A stretch of DNA of 64,000 nt from Eledone cirrhosa (Eukaryota). A program made the position numbers and the translations under genes. Below, in pieces: positions 43,301 to 56,256 of the stretch (the first letter of the stretch is position 1; each line of letters opens with the position of its first letter). Location: NCBI GenBank assembly GCA_964016885.1, contig OZ024749.1, positions 31,248,001-31,312,000 on the forward strand, read 5' to 3'. The notes beneath the pieces are model-generated. The model was given only the letters and a program-made list of their open reading frames with translations. It was not told the origin of the DNA and did no database searches.

Positions 43301-46300
43301 TGATATGTCCCCTGTAGCTATGTCCTGTGTAGATATGACCTCTGTAGAAATGTCCTCTGTAGATATGTCCTGTGTAGATATGTCCTGTGTAGATATGTCC
43401 TGTGTAGATATGTCCTGTGTAGATATCTCCTGTGTAGATATGTCCTCTGTAGATATGTCCTGTGTAGATATGTCCTGTGTAGATATGTCCTGTGTAGATA
43501 TGTCCTGTGTAGATATGTCCTCTGTAGATATGACCTGTGTAGATATGTCCTCTGTAGATATGTCCTCTGTAGATATGTCCTCTGTAGATATGTCCTGTGT
43601 AGATATGTCCTGTGTAGACATGTCCTCTGTAGATATGTCCTCTGTAGATATGTCCTGTGTAGATATGTCCTCTGTAGATATGTCCTGTGTAGATATGTCC
43701 TGTGTAGATATGTCCTCTGTAGATATGGCCTGTGTAGATATGTCCTGTGTAGATATGTTCTCTGTAGATATGTCCTGTGTAGATATGTCCTGTGTAGATA
43801 TGTCCTGTGTAGATATGTCCTGTGTAGACATGTCCTCTGTAGATATGTCCTCTGTAGATATGTCCTGTGTAGATATGTCCTCTGTAGATATGTCCTGTGT
43901 AGATATGTCCTGTGTAGATATGTCCTGTGTAGACATGTCCTGTGTAGATATGTCCTGTGTAGATATGTTCTCTGTAGATATGTCCTGTGTAGATATGTCC
44001 TGTGTAGATATGTCCTGTGTAGATATGTCCTGTGTAGATATGTCCTGTGTAGATATGTCCTGTGTAGATATGTCCTGTGTAGATATGTTCTCTGTAGATA
44101 TGTCCTGTGTAGATATGTCCTGTGTAGATATGTCCTATGTAGATATGGCCTCTGTAGATATGTCCTCTGTAGATATGTCCTGTGTAGATATGTCCTCTGT
44201 AGATATGTCCTATGTAGATATGTCCTGTGTAGATATGTCCTGTGTAGATATGTCCTGTGTAGATATGTCCTGTGTAGATATGTCCTCTGTAGATATGTCC
44301 TGTGTAGATATGTCCTCTGTAGATATGTCCTGTGTAGATATGTCCTCTGTAGATATGTCCTCTGTAGATATGTCCTGTGTAGATATGTCCTGTGTAGATA
44401 TGTCCTGTGTAGATATGTCCTGTGTTGATATGTGCTGTGTAGATATGTCCTGTGTAGATATGTCCTGTGTAGATATGTCCTGTGTAGATATGTCCTCTGT
44501 AGATATGTCCTGTGTAGATATGGCCTCTGTAGATATGTCCTGTGTAGATATGTCCTATGTAGATATGTCCTGTGTAGATATGTCCTGTGTAGATATGTCC
44601 TGTGTAGATATGTCCTGTGTAGATATGTCCTCTGTAGATATGTCCTGTGTAGATATGTCCTCTGTAGATATGTCCTGTGTAGATATGTCCTCTGTAGATA
44701 TGTCCTGTGTAGATATGTCCTGTGTAGATATGTCCTCTGTAGATATGTCCTCTGTAGATATGTCCTGTGTAGATATGTCCTCTGTAGATATGTCCTCTGT
44801 AGATATGTCCTCTGTAGATATGTCCTGTGTAGATATGTCCTGTGTAGAAATGTCCTGTGTAGATATGTCCTGTGTAGATATGTCCTGTGTAGATATGTCC
44901 TGTGTAGATATGTAGATATGTGTAGATATGTCCTCTGTAGATATGTCCTCTGTAGTTATGTCCTCTGTAGTTTTGTCCTGTGTAGATATGTCCTGTGTAG
45001 ATATGTCCTGTGTAGATATGTCCTGTGTAGATATGTAGATATGTGTAGATATGTCCTCTGTAGATATGTCCTCTGTAGTTATGTCCTCTGTAGATATGTC
45101 CTGTGTAGATATGTCCTGTGTAGATATGTCCTGTGTAGATATGTCCTGTGTAGACATGTCCTCTGTAGATATGTCCTCTGTAGATATGTCCTGTGTAGAT
45201 ATGTCCTGTGTAGATATGTCCTGTGTAGACATGTCCTCTGTAGATATGTCCTGTGTAGATATGTTCTCTGTAGATATGTCCTGTGTAGATATGTCCTGTG
45301 TAGATATGTCCTGTGTAGATATGTCCTGTGTAGATATGTCCTGTGTAGATATGTCCTGTGTAGATATGTCCTGTGTAGATATGTCCTGTGTAGATATGTC
45401 CTATGTAGATATGTCCTCTGTAGATATGTCCTCTGTAGATATGTCCTGTGTAGATATGTCCTCTGTAGATATGTCCTATGTAGATATGTCCTGTGTAGAT
45501 ATATCCTGTGTAGATATGTCCTGTGTAGATATGTCCTGTGTAGATATGTCCTCTGTAGATATGTCCTGTGTAGATATGTCCTCTGTAGATATGTCCTGTG
45601 TAGATATGTCCTGTGTAGATATGTCCTGTGTAGATATGTCCTGTGTAGATATGTCCTGTGTAGATATGTCCTGTGTTGATATGTGCTGTGTAGATATGTC
45701 CTGTGTAGATATGTCCTGTGTAGATATGTCCTGTGTAGATATGTCCTCTGTAGATATGTCCTTTGTAGATATGGCCTCTGTAGATATGTCCTGTGTAGAT
45801 ATGTCCTATGTAGATATGTCCTGTGTAGATATGTCCTGTGTAGATATGTCCTGTGTAGATATGTCCTGTGTAGATATGTCCTCTGTAGATATGTCCTGTG
45901 TAGATATGTCCTCTGTAGATATGTCCTGTGTAGATATGTCCACTGTAGATATGTCCTGTGTAGATATGTCCTGTGTAGATATGTCCTCTGTAGATATGTC
46001 CTCTGTAGATATGTCCTGTGTAGATATGTCCTCTGTAGATATGTCCTCTGTAGATATGTCCTCTGTAGATATGTCCTGTGTAGATATGTCCTGTGTAGAA
46101 ATGTCCTGTGTAGATATGTCCTGTGTAGATATGTCCTGTGTAGATATGTCCTATGTAGATATGTCCTCTGTAGATATGTCCTCTGTAGATATGTCCTGTG
46201 TAGATATGTCCTCTGTAGATATGTCCTATGTAGATATGTCCTGTGTAGATATGTCCTGTGTAGATATGTCCTCTGTAGATATGTCCTATGTAGATATGTC

Positions 46301-48190
46301 CTGTGTAGATATGTCCTGTGTAGATATGTCCTGTGTAGATATGTCCTGTGTAGATATGTCCCCTGTAGATATGTCCTGTGTAGATATGTCCTGTGTAGAT
46401 ATGTCCTGTGTAGATATGTCCTGTGTAGATATGTCCCCTGTAGATATGTCCTGTGTAGATATGTCCTGTGTAGATATGTCCTATGTAGATATGTCCTGTG
46501 TAGATATGTCCTGTGTAGATATGTCCCCTGTAGCTATGTCCTGTGTAGATATGACCTCTGTAGAAATGTCCTCTGTAGATATGTCCTGTGTAGATATGTC
46601 CTGTGTAGATATGTCCTGTGTAGATATGTCCTGTGTAGATATCTCCTGTGTAGATATGTCCTCTGTAGATATGTCCTGTGTAGATATGTCCTGTGTAGAT
46701 ATGTCCTGTGTAGATATGTCCTGTGTAGATATGTCCTCTGTAGATATGACCTGTGTAGATATGTCCTCTGTAGATATGTCCTCTGTAGATATGTCCTCTG
46801 TAGATATGTCCTGTGTAGATATGTCCTGTGTAGACATGTCCTCTGTAGATATGTCCTCTGTAGATATGTCCTGTGTAGATATGTCCTCTGTAGATATGTC
46901 CTGTGTAGATATGTCCTGTGTAGATATGTCCTCTGTAGATATGGCCTGTGTAGATATGTCCTGTGTAGATATGTTCTCTGTAGATATGTCCTGTGTAGAT
47001 ATGTCCTGTGTAGATATGTCCTGTGTAGATATGTCCTGTGTAGACATGTCCTCTGTAGATATGTCCTCTGTAGATATGTCCTGTGTAGATATGTCCTCTG
47101 TAGATATGTCCTGTGTAGATATGTCCTGTGTAGATATGTCCTGTGTAGACATGTCCTGTGTAGATATGTCCTGTGTAGATATGTTCTCTGTAGATATGTC
47201 CTGTGTAGATATGTCCTGTGTAGATATGTCCTGTGTAGATATGTCCTGTGTAGATATGTCCTGTGTAGATATGTCCTGTGTAGATATGTCCTGTGTAGAT
47301 ATGTTCTCTGTAGATATGTCCTGTGTAGATATGTCCTGTGTAGATATGTCCTATGTAGATATGGCCTCTGTAGATATGTCCTCTGTAGATATGTCCTGTG
47401 TAGATATGTCCTCTGTAGATATGTCCTATGTAGATATGTCCTGTGTAGATATGTCCTGTGTAGATATGTCCTGTGTAGATATGTCCTGTGTAGATATGTC
47501 CTCTGTAGATATGTCCTGTGTAGATATGTCCTCTGTAGATATGTCCTGTGTAGATATGTCCTCTGTAGATATGTCCTCTGTAGATATGTCCTGTGTAGAT
47601 ATGTCCTGTGTAGATATGTCCTGTGTAGATATGTCCTGTGTTGATATGTGCTGTGTAGATATGTCCTGTGTAGATATGTCCTGTGTAGATATGTCCTGTG
47701 TAGATATGTCCTCTGTAGATATGTCCTGTGTAGATATGGCCTCTGTAGATATGTCCTGTGTAGATATGTCCTATGTAGATATGTCCTGTGTAGATATGTC
47801 CTGTGTAGATATGTCCTGTGTAGATATGTCCTGTGTAGATATGTCCTCTGTAGATATGTCCTGTGTAGATATGTCCTCTGTAGATATGTCCTGTGTAGAT
47901 ATGTCCTCTGTAGATATGTCCTGTGTAGATATGTCCTGTGTAGATATGTCCTCTGTAGATATGTCCTCTGTAGATATGTCCTGTGTAGATATGTCCTCTG
48001 TAGATATGTCCTCTGTAGATATGTCCTCTGTAGATATGTCCTGTGTAGATATGTCCTCTGTAGATATGTCCTGTGTAGATATGTCCTCTGTAGATATGTC
48101 CTGTGTAGATATGTCCTGTGTAGAAATGTCCTGTGTAGATATGTCCTGTGTAGATATGTCCTGTGTAGATATGTCCTGTGTAGATATGTA
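34374..48190. repeat. 15-bp tandem satellite (TAGATATGTCCTSTG)n, ~920 units
   Basis: Directly visible. Phase breaks only near 44910, 45030 and 48185. Confidence 0.99.
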
Positions 48191-48675
48191 GATATGTGTA
48201 GATATGTCCTCTGTAGATATGTCCTCTGTAGTTATGTCCTCTGTAGTTATGTCCTGTGTAGATATGACCTGTGTAGATATGACCTGTATGTAGATATGTG
48301 TAGGTATGTAGATATGTGTAGATATGTAGATATGTGTAGATATGTCCTGTGCAGATATTTGTAGATATGTAGATATGTCCTGTGTAGATATATGTAGATA
48401 TGTGTAGATATGTGTAGACATGTGTAGATATGTGAAGGTATGTAGATATGTAGATATTTGTAGATATGTAGATATGTAGATATGTGAAGGTATGTAGATA
48501 TGTAGATATGACCTGTGTAGATATGTGTAGATATGTGTAGATATATGTAGATATGTGTAGATATGTAGACATGTGTATATATGTGAAGGTACGTAGATAT
48601 GTAGATATTTGTAGATATGTAGATATGTAGATATGTCCGGTGTAGATATGTGTAGATATGTAGATATGTAGATAT
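48191..48675. repeat. Degenerate satellite edge of 8-, 10- and 15-bp units (TAGATATG, TAGATATGTG)
   Basis: Directly visible. Confidence 0.9.
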
Positions 48676-48840
48676 TTCCTGGGTATGACATTAAACTACA
48701 TCCAGTGGCAAGGCTCCAGCTCGGGAGTTCAGGAGCTGTGGGGGAATGTGGAGTTACCCCTTAGTTGTTATTACTCCCAGAATCTGCTCTGGCCCGGAGT
48801 AGTAGTACCTGTTAGGGCCCCATTTATGGGTTAAATAATT
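48676..48840 (-). mobile_element. Fragment of a third interspersed repeat (SINE-like)
   Basis: The minus strand ctgggagtaataacaactaaggggtaactccacattcccc..ctggagccttgcca..tttaatgtcatacccagga resembles a recalled octopus repeat. Single copy in this window. Confidence 0.45.
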
Positions 48841-48909
48841 ACCTTACTCGAGTGGCGCCGGTAAGGTCAGCCATTGAAAAGAACGAATCTCTGGAATTTT
48901 ACCCGCCCT

Positions 48910-49480
48910 AGATATGTGTAGCTATATGTGTGTCAATTTGTGTTTGTATGTATATATGTCTATGTGTGTTTCTATAGATATGTGTAGCTATATATATATG
49001 TCTATGTGTGTTTGTATGAATATATGTGTAGCTATATATATATATATGTCTATGTGTGTTTGTATGAATATATGTGTAGCTATATATATATGTCTATGTG
49101 TGTTTGTATGAATATATGTGTAGCTATATATATATGTCTATGTGTGTTTGTATGAATATATGTGTAGCTATATATATATGTCTATGTGTGTTTGTATGAA
49201 TATATGTGTAGCTATATATATATGTGTATGTGTGTTTGTATGAATATATGTGTAGCTATATATATATATATATATATGTCTATGTGTGTTTGTATAAATA
49301 TATGTGTAGCTATATATATATATATATATATATGACTATGTGTGTTTGTATGAATATATGTGTAGTTATATGCGTGTCTATGTGTATTTGTATGAATATA
49401 TGTGTAGCTATATGTGTGTAGTTATATGTGTCAATGTGTGTTTCTATGGATATATGTGTAGCTATGTATATATGTTTCTA
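48910..49480. repeat. ~40-bp minisatellite tatgtgtagc(ta)n tgtctatgtgtgtttgtatgaata
   Basis: About a dozen units with variable TA length. Confidence 0.93.
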
Positions 49481-49799
49481 TGTGTGTGTGCGTGTCAAGT
49501 ATCCACACAATGCTTTCATAAATATTACCCGAGCGGATATCTGAAATGATTAATGGCAATAATTGTTATCCTATTGCTATAGTTGTGGTTGTTATTATAG
49601 CTATTGTTGCTGTTGTTATTGTTGTTGTTGTTATTATATGATTCTCGATCAATCCTGCCCCAGCAAATTTATGATCAAATGGTCTCCACTAGTGATCAAC
49701 TGATCATACAAGCTTGTTTTTACATGCAAAGAACTACATTATTCAATAGTGTGATGTGAGTGAAATTTAACTGCACTTTCTAGCAGGTTAATTAATCAG

Positions 49800-49960
49800 A
49801 AGTCGCATGGCTTAGTGGTTAGAGCATTGGCCTTGCAATCGAAATGTTGTGAGTTCGATTCTCGGACCGAGTGATCTGTTGTGTCCTTGAGCAAGACACT
49901 TTATTTCATGTTGCTCCAGTTTACTCAGCTGTAGAAATGAGTTGCGATCCTGCCAAATCA
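49800..49960 (+). mobile_element. tRNA-derived SINE, family 2
   Basis: Box A tggcttagtgg, box B gagttcgattct, body gtgtccttgagcaagacactttatttca. Confidence 0.85.
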
Positions 49961-50391
49961 ATGGGTGGCAGTAGTTCCAGCTGCCCGCATCAAAAGACTG
50001 GTGTAGTGGTTCTGAGAACAATGCGGCTTTGCAGATAATCAATACAAATTGACAATGGAAAGGTGCTCCTGCTCGAGTTAGAAGAGAACTATTGACCTTC
50101 AGGAGAAACAGCAACCCACGATTGTATTCAGCAACCGAAACAAACATGAAGAACACCAAATCCAATGCTCATAGGGGAGGCCCAGGTTCTTCTTATTTGC
50201 GAGTGTAAACTCGGTCATATTAGATTAGATTAGATAATTAACAACGTGCACCTTCCAGCATTACCTTCATATATATATAAATCTGACAAATACAAACACT
50301 TCATAATCAGTCTATGAACCTTTCAGCCTACCCTGGGATATTTATACGAACTTCAGGATATTAACGAATTTATTTAGTATATATTATTTAC

Positions 50392-50674
50392 AATTTGCGT
50401 ATAGGTAGGTCTCTCTCAAAATAAACTTGGTTGTGGGGTGTTGAATGTATTAAATGACCATAAGGGGAGCGGTGGCCGAAAAGGTTTAAGGACCTCTTGT
50501 TTATACGGATATAGCCAATGTACGTGCTTGATATGATTACAAGGAAGCATTCTAAGATTAATCCTTGAAGACGTTGAAAGTTCAGAAACGTGATGACACC
50601 AATATTAAAGATCTTAGAAACAGTTCTTGACAATAATTTCCTGATTTCTGGAATGTGGAATAAACCTACATTCG
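50392..50674 (-). CDS. Possible coding exon upstream of 34083-34225
   Basis: Acceptor aattacag|, 93 open codons, weak donor |gtaaat in phase 2, compatible with the downstream exon. No homology recognised. Confidence 0.25.
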
Positions 50675-50814
50675 CTGTAATTATTGATTAAGTATTAAGT
50701 GTGATAGATTATCAGCTGGTTCTGAGTTCGATGTCTGAAATTGGATAACTAGATTAACCCTTAAAGTCATACAGCAAGAAGTTCTTCTTCTTATTATTAT
50801 TATTATTACTATTA

Positions 50815-52735
50815 TTGTTCTTTAAGTCTCAGTCATTGATGTTAGTTAACTGGTGTTAGTTAAATATCAAGCCACTACCTGCAGCCTCAGATATTCAGGA
50901 CGTATCGGAGGGTTCTTGCTGTTCCCAGCAAGCATGCCATTTGAAGCGTTCCAAAAAGCGTGGCGGGGCCAATTTTCTTTAACCATCCCTGGAAACTTTT
51001 TGAGATAGTACATAGTGCACCTATGACAATCGGGACCACTTTGACTTCATGGCAGTTCCAAATCCTTTTTACCTCCCACTTTAAGTCCTGGTATCGGTTA
51101 ATTTTCTCCCTCTCCTTCTCTTGCACTCTCGTGTCGAATGGACAGGCCACATCCACAATCAGGCACGATCTTTTTTCCTTGTCCAAAACCACCAGGTCAG
51201 GTCTATTGTGTTCCAGTTTCTTGTCCATCTGTATCCTAAAATCCCACAGCACCTTCACCTGATCGTTTTCTATCACCGACTCTGGATTATGCTCATACCA
51301 CTTCTCAGAATGTGGTAAATTGTTTACTTTGCATAGGTGCCAGTGGATCACCCTGCCCATCACATCATGTCTCCAGCCTTTATAGTGAGTCTGGGCTAGG
51401 TGTTTACACTCGGATACAATGTGAGCCACAGTCTCCTCTCTCCACAGATCCTGCACAGTGGGCTAGCCTCCTCCTTGTAAATATGGTGTTTCAACCACTT
51501 CGTTTTGAGGGCCTGCTCTTGCGCAGCCATTAGCATTCCTTCTGTAGCCTTTTTAAGGTCTCCTCTTTTCAACCAGTTCCATGTCTGTGGATCTCTGAAT
51601 TCAGTTTTCTCAAAGAAGGTAATATGAAGGGATTGTTCATGAAGGCTGCTCTTTCTCCTTGTTGTTATTTCCTCCTTGGACATCCCCTGGTCTACTGTCC
51701 TCTCCTTCAGTACAATTCTGAGCATTGGCTCCTTACTATCAGTCACGTATTTGTGTAGGTTGTTTTTCTCCATCTGAACACAGTCCTCTATGCTGATAAG
51801 ACCTCTTCCACCTTCAGATCTCCTTAAGTAGAGTCTATCGACATCACTCCTCTTGTGGAACATGTTGTAGATAGTCAATAGCTTCCTAGTCTTCCTATCC
51901 ATTTCTTTTTGTTCAGCAACATTCCATCTCAGAATTCCCGCACTGTACATAATAATAGACACAGCTCGGGAATTTACTGCACTTATGGCATTCCTACTGT
52001 TCAGATGTGACTTTAATACGCTCCCTACTCTCCGAATGTATTCAGATCTTATCAATTCCTTCATTTATTTTGTTCTTGATGTCATCAGTCTCCAGAATAC
52101 CCAAATACTTGTATCCTTCTTCAGTGTCAATTTCCTTTATCATCTCACCTGTGGTACCTGGATTCCGTTGCTTCTGCTCAATTTACCCCCTCTTCATCAC
52201 AAGGACTCCACACTTACTAATACCAAATTGCATACATATATCATTGCTGAAAATACGGACAGAGTCAACAAGCACATCCAACTCCTTCTCACTCTTCACG
52301 AAGATCGTCCATGAAGAGGAGGCGATTGATGATAATCCCTCCCTTTCCCAACTTGTATCCTGCTCTCACTTTTCGCAGAATAATGGTCAGGGGCATCAGG
52401 GCAAGGACAAACAACAGAGGGGACAGACTATCTCCCTGGAAGATACCTCTCTTGAACTTCACGCCTTCCAAGGATTCTCCAGCTGATGTTAACTCTGTTT
52501 TCCAGGACTTCATACTTTTGCCCAACAACTGTCTGATGTCATCTGCCACCTTGAAGATCTCTAGGCTTTTGGTGATCATAGATTGAGGCACCATGTCAAA
52601 TGCCTTTTTGTAGTCTATCCATCCCATGGCAAGACCAGTGTGTCTTCTCTTGCAATTCCTCATTACCATCTTATCAATAAGTAACTGGTCCTTTGTACCA
52701 CGGGACATCTTTCGGCATCCTTTCTGTTCGTCCAT
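50815..52735 (-). mobile_element. R4/Dong-type non-LTR retrotransposon (RT + restriction-like endonuclease), 5'-truncated and frameshifted
   Basis: RT motifs WIDYKKAFD, GIFQGDSLSP, LLFMDDL. Then AAQEQAL, CRIC..ETVAHIVSEC, RHD, RPDLVV..IVDVACP and EKINRY. (TAA)n at both ends. Confidence 0.9.
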
Positions 52736-52743
52736 TATTATTA

Positions 52744-52817
52744 CCTTACGGGTTCGATAAAATAAAGTACCAGTAATACACTGGGTAATTGCTGGCCTTG
52801 TGCCAAAGGTAGAAACA

Positions 52818-52820
<3 letters not shown>
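52744..52820 (+). mobile_element. 5'-truncated SINE family 1 with (ATT)n tail
   Basis: Core and 3' end only. Confidence 0.8.
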
Positions 52821-52863
<43 letters not shown>

Positions 52864-52996
52864 AACCAAACAATTTACCTACAAAATATGAATAAACAAA
52901 TATATAACCACTGACATAAAAATATATATATATTTATAAATATAAAACTACATATACACATACGTACATAATTACATATATATATATATATATATA

Positions 52997-53063
<67 letters not shown>

Positions 53064-53449
53064 AAGCGCATAGAGAACCGTTAACAACGGAGAAAATTAT
53101 CATCAAATGAATTGAGCATCAAATGAGACGGCATGAGGGGAGATTGGCGAGGTTTGGCTATTGTGAGAACGATAATTCAACGATAATTCACGTGAAAGAA
53201 ATTAGTAACATTAAGTAACATCAAGTGAGACCAGCCGAGCTCAAGGATGTTTTACAAACATCATACTCGGAGTTTCTAAGGCTGGGTCACCTCCTGGTTG
53301 GATTTTTTCCCTTAAAAGTTGTCGTTCTTCAAATGTAAAAAGAAAAATCAGTATTGGGATTAGTTTCTCTAAAAACACTAGAGACACCTAGTGGCCCTGT
53401 TGAAAGAAAACCTCACGCTCTGACTTTATTATTATATATTATTCTAAGA

Positions 53450-53636
53450 ACGGTTGATTTGGCAGTATCGGTAGAGGGTTGGACGCCCTCCTTTGCAGCA
53501 AAGAGTTACGGCCCTTTATGGTCTGAGTTCAAATCCTGCCGAGGTTAAATTTGCCTTTCATCCTTACGGGGTCGATAAAATAAAGTACCAGTAATGCACT
53601 GGGATAATTGCTGGCCTTGTGCCAAAAGTAGAAACT
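53450..53636 (+). mobile_element. tRNA-derived SINE, family 1
   Basis: Same boxes and core. Confidence 0.9.
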
Positions 53637-53719
53637 TAGAGAATTATTATACATTATTCTATAAGTCATAAATAATTTTAAAAATGAAAAGAAATTAAGG
53701 AAAGGAGGAAGGAAGGAAT

Positions 53720-53752
<33 letters not shown>

Positions 53753-54534
53753 AATGCATTTATCTTTTTTTTTAAATTCATATTAGTCGTCTCGGGATTA
53801 AAAATATGAATTTAGTGGTCCGTGAGGTCCGAAAATTGGCGACCACTGGTTTAAGAGACAGTGCATTATAGAGAGGCTTGTAACCTTAACATAATTCTCA
53901 GGGAAATTCAGTGTAACACAGTATCTGAGTGTGACGATGCTAGTGCAGTCCATTTGATAGGCTTTCAAAAATGTTCTTGTTTCTTCCAAATTTCCCTTTT
54001 CAAAATATGAGTCGACCCAACTCCATAGTAAATGATATTTACCCAATATGATACTACATGGGCAAGAGAGAAAGAAAGAAAGAACAGAAAAAAGAAAGAA
54101 TGAAAGACAGGAAGAAAGAAAGAAAGAAAGAAAGAGAAAAAGAAAGAAAGAAAGAAAGAAAGAGAAAAAGAAAGAAAGAAAGAACTAGAATATTACACCT
54201 TCACCTTGCTGATGCCTCATGGTTATTGGTGAGATAAAATTATATTTAAGAAATTCTCCTTGAAAAGACGAGACATATTCTCAGTATTTTGGAAATGTTT
54301 AGTGAATACATAAAATCTAATCTTACTCTAGAAAACAACAGGAAATTAACAAAAGAAGTAGATTGGAAATTGAGTGTATATAAAGAATGTATATAGAGAG
54401 TTTATATAGAGAGTGTATATAGAGACAAACATTGTCTATTGTATATTAATAGAGTGTTGAAGGAATCTCTGGCAGTAAAGATGATTTATTTGGGATGGAA
54501 ATATACTTGAGGGAACTAGACAATAGTTCTGTAT

Positions 54535-54795
54535 TATATGATGAGGATGATTATAATGGTGATGATGATGATGATGATGATGATGGTGATGTCGCTGATG
54601 TGGGTGATGGAGGTGGTGATGGTCGTGATGACGGTCATGGTGAAGATGAGTTCGACAATGATGGTGGTGGTGATGGTGATGGTGATGATGGTGAAGATGG
54701 TGATGATAATGATGATGGTGATGATGATAATTGTGAAGATGAATATTGTGACGTTGATGTTAAATATTATGATGATGATGATGATGATGATGATT
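54535..54795. repeat. (GAT/GGT)n low-complexity tract
   Basis: Directly visible. Confidence 0.9.
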
Positions 54796-54846
54796 GAGAG
54801 GAATCTATTGGCGGGAATACACCTGCGGAAATAGACAATAATTCTT

Positions 54847-54937
<91 letters not shown>

Positions 54938-54943
<6 letters not shown>

Positions 54944-55713
54944 ATAAACTCAAATAGTCTTTTACAATTAAATAGCTCAAAGAAAGGGATATTTCTGAGC
55001 CGTGTAATACAAATGAATATATGATAGGGATAAACACTGATACAAGTATACATGTGTTTGCATTGCAAATGACCAAGTTAGCTAGATTGAAAAATACTAA
55101 TTAAAATAATACGGTTTGCCTGTCTCGATTTAAAATAATAAATCAATAAAAACAAACCTATATTGGCAATAGCCGTGATACAGTGTTTATCCCTATCATA
55201 TATTCATTTGTATTACACGGCTCAGAAATATCCCTTTCTTTGAGCTATTTAATTGTAAAAGACTATTTGAGTTTATAACTCTATATATAATATTCTCGGC
55301 TCCATGCGTTGAGCTAATTTCTAGTCCCATTAAACCGGTGGCTATTTTTAGCGGCACGAGTATAGGACGTGCTAGACGCTGGGATACATGTGCGTTCAAC
55401 AACACAGTTATCTCAGTTTCCTAGGTATTTTGAAGTGAAACTTACCAATTTCTGGATACCTGCTGAAGAGCACAGGAATAGGAAATTTCACTTAATTGTT
55501 GCGAAACAAATTTAAAATTTGAAATTTAAATTTGTCCAGGTATCACGGCTATTGCCAATATAGGTTTGTTTTTAATGATTTATTATTTTAAATTGAGACA
55601 GGCAAACCGTATTATTTTAATTAGTATTTTTCAATCTAGCTAACTTGGTCATTTGCAATGCAAACACTTGTATACTTGTATCAGTGTTTATCCCTATCAT
55701 ATATTCATTTGTA
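54938..55713 (+). mobile_element. Hammerhead-bearing element family D with inverted and partial direct copies (Penelope pLTR-like)
   Basis: 55008-55181 is the reverse complement of 55540-55713. 54938-55040 is the reverse complement of 55181-55283. Microsatellite flanks. Confidence 0.85.
55455..55544 (+). ncRNA. Complete type I hammerhead ribozyme
   Basis: gatacctg-CTGAAGA-gca..tgc-GAAA-caaatttaaa(loop)tttaaatttg-TC-caggtatc. Perfect 8-bp stem I, 10-bp stem III, GUC site. Predicted cut after 55536. Confidence 0.9.
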
Positions 55714-55761
55714 TATATATATATATATATATATATATGCATGATTGTATGTATATATATG

Positions 55762-55815
<54 letters not shown>

Positions 55816-55819
<4 letters not shown>

Positions 55820-55998
55820 AAAAGGTTTGACCCCGACGGTAGAGCTCAAGCCGTTTCGACGGCTAAATAGCCGTTGAAACGGCTTGAGCTCTGCCGTCGG
55901 GGTCAAGCTTTTTCCTATTACCCACTCTACTACCCTAAGTATTGAGAACTCTGGTGCGTTATAGTCTATCTGGTTCCTTACCACACCTCCATCGTTAT
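55816..55998 (+). mobile_element. TA-flanked fold-back element family A
   Basis: Homologous to 4530-4724 in the opposite orientation. Confidence 0.85.
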
Positions 55999-56256
55999 AT
56001 ATATACATATATTTATTTACAAATACAAATAGTGAAAACAATGAAATTAAACAAAAAACGGTTAACTCATAGTTTAATTTCATTGTTTTACTATTAGGTA
56101 TTTTTTACTCTGTATCCAATGAATTATATCGTTGAAATTTTGTATTTTCAACTTTGCTTCACGAAATCTTCTACATACGGATTACATTGAATTCTTCATA
56201 CGGCTTAGACCCTACCATTAATTGGTGGATTTATCTGTGTATATTTATATATATAT

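Noticed and set aside
34253-48691. Giant ORFs of 1000-3500 aa (CRYVL, DMSCV, YTGHI, STQDI repeats), superficially like reflectin or His-rich structural proteins
   Set aside because: A 15-bp unit leaves five of six frames open on both strands. Variants create stops and frameshifts without frame preference, and there is no non-repetitive domain.
34374-49480. CRISPR-like array
   Set aside because: No unique spacers and no cas genes; eukaryotic context.
49800-49870. tRNA gene
   Set aside because: The A/B boxes belong to a SINE head that runs into the family 2 body; no complete cloverleaf.
54495-54797. Asp-rich ORF, and a similar Glu-rich ORF at 60865-61095
   Set aside because: (GAT)n and (GAA)n microsatellites.
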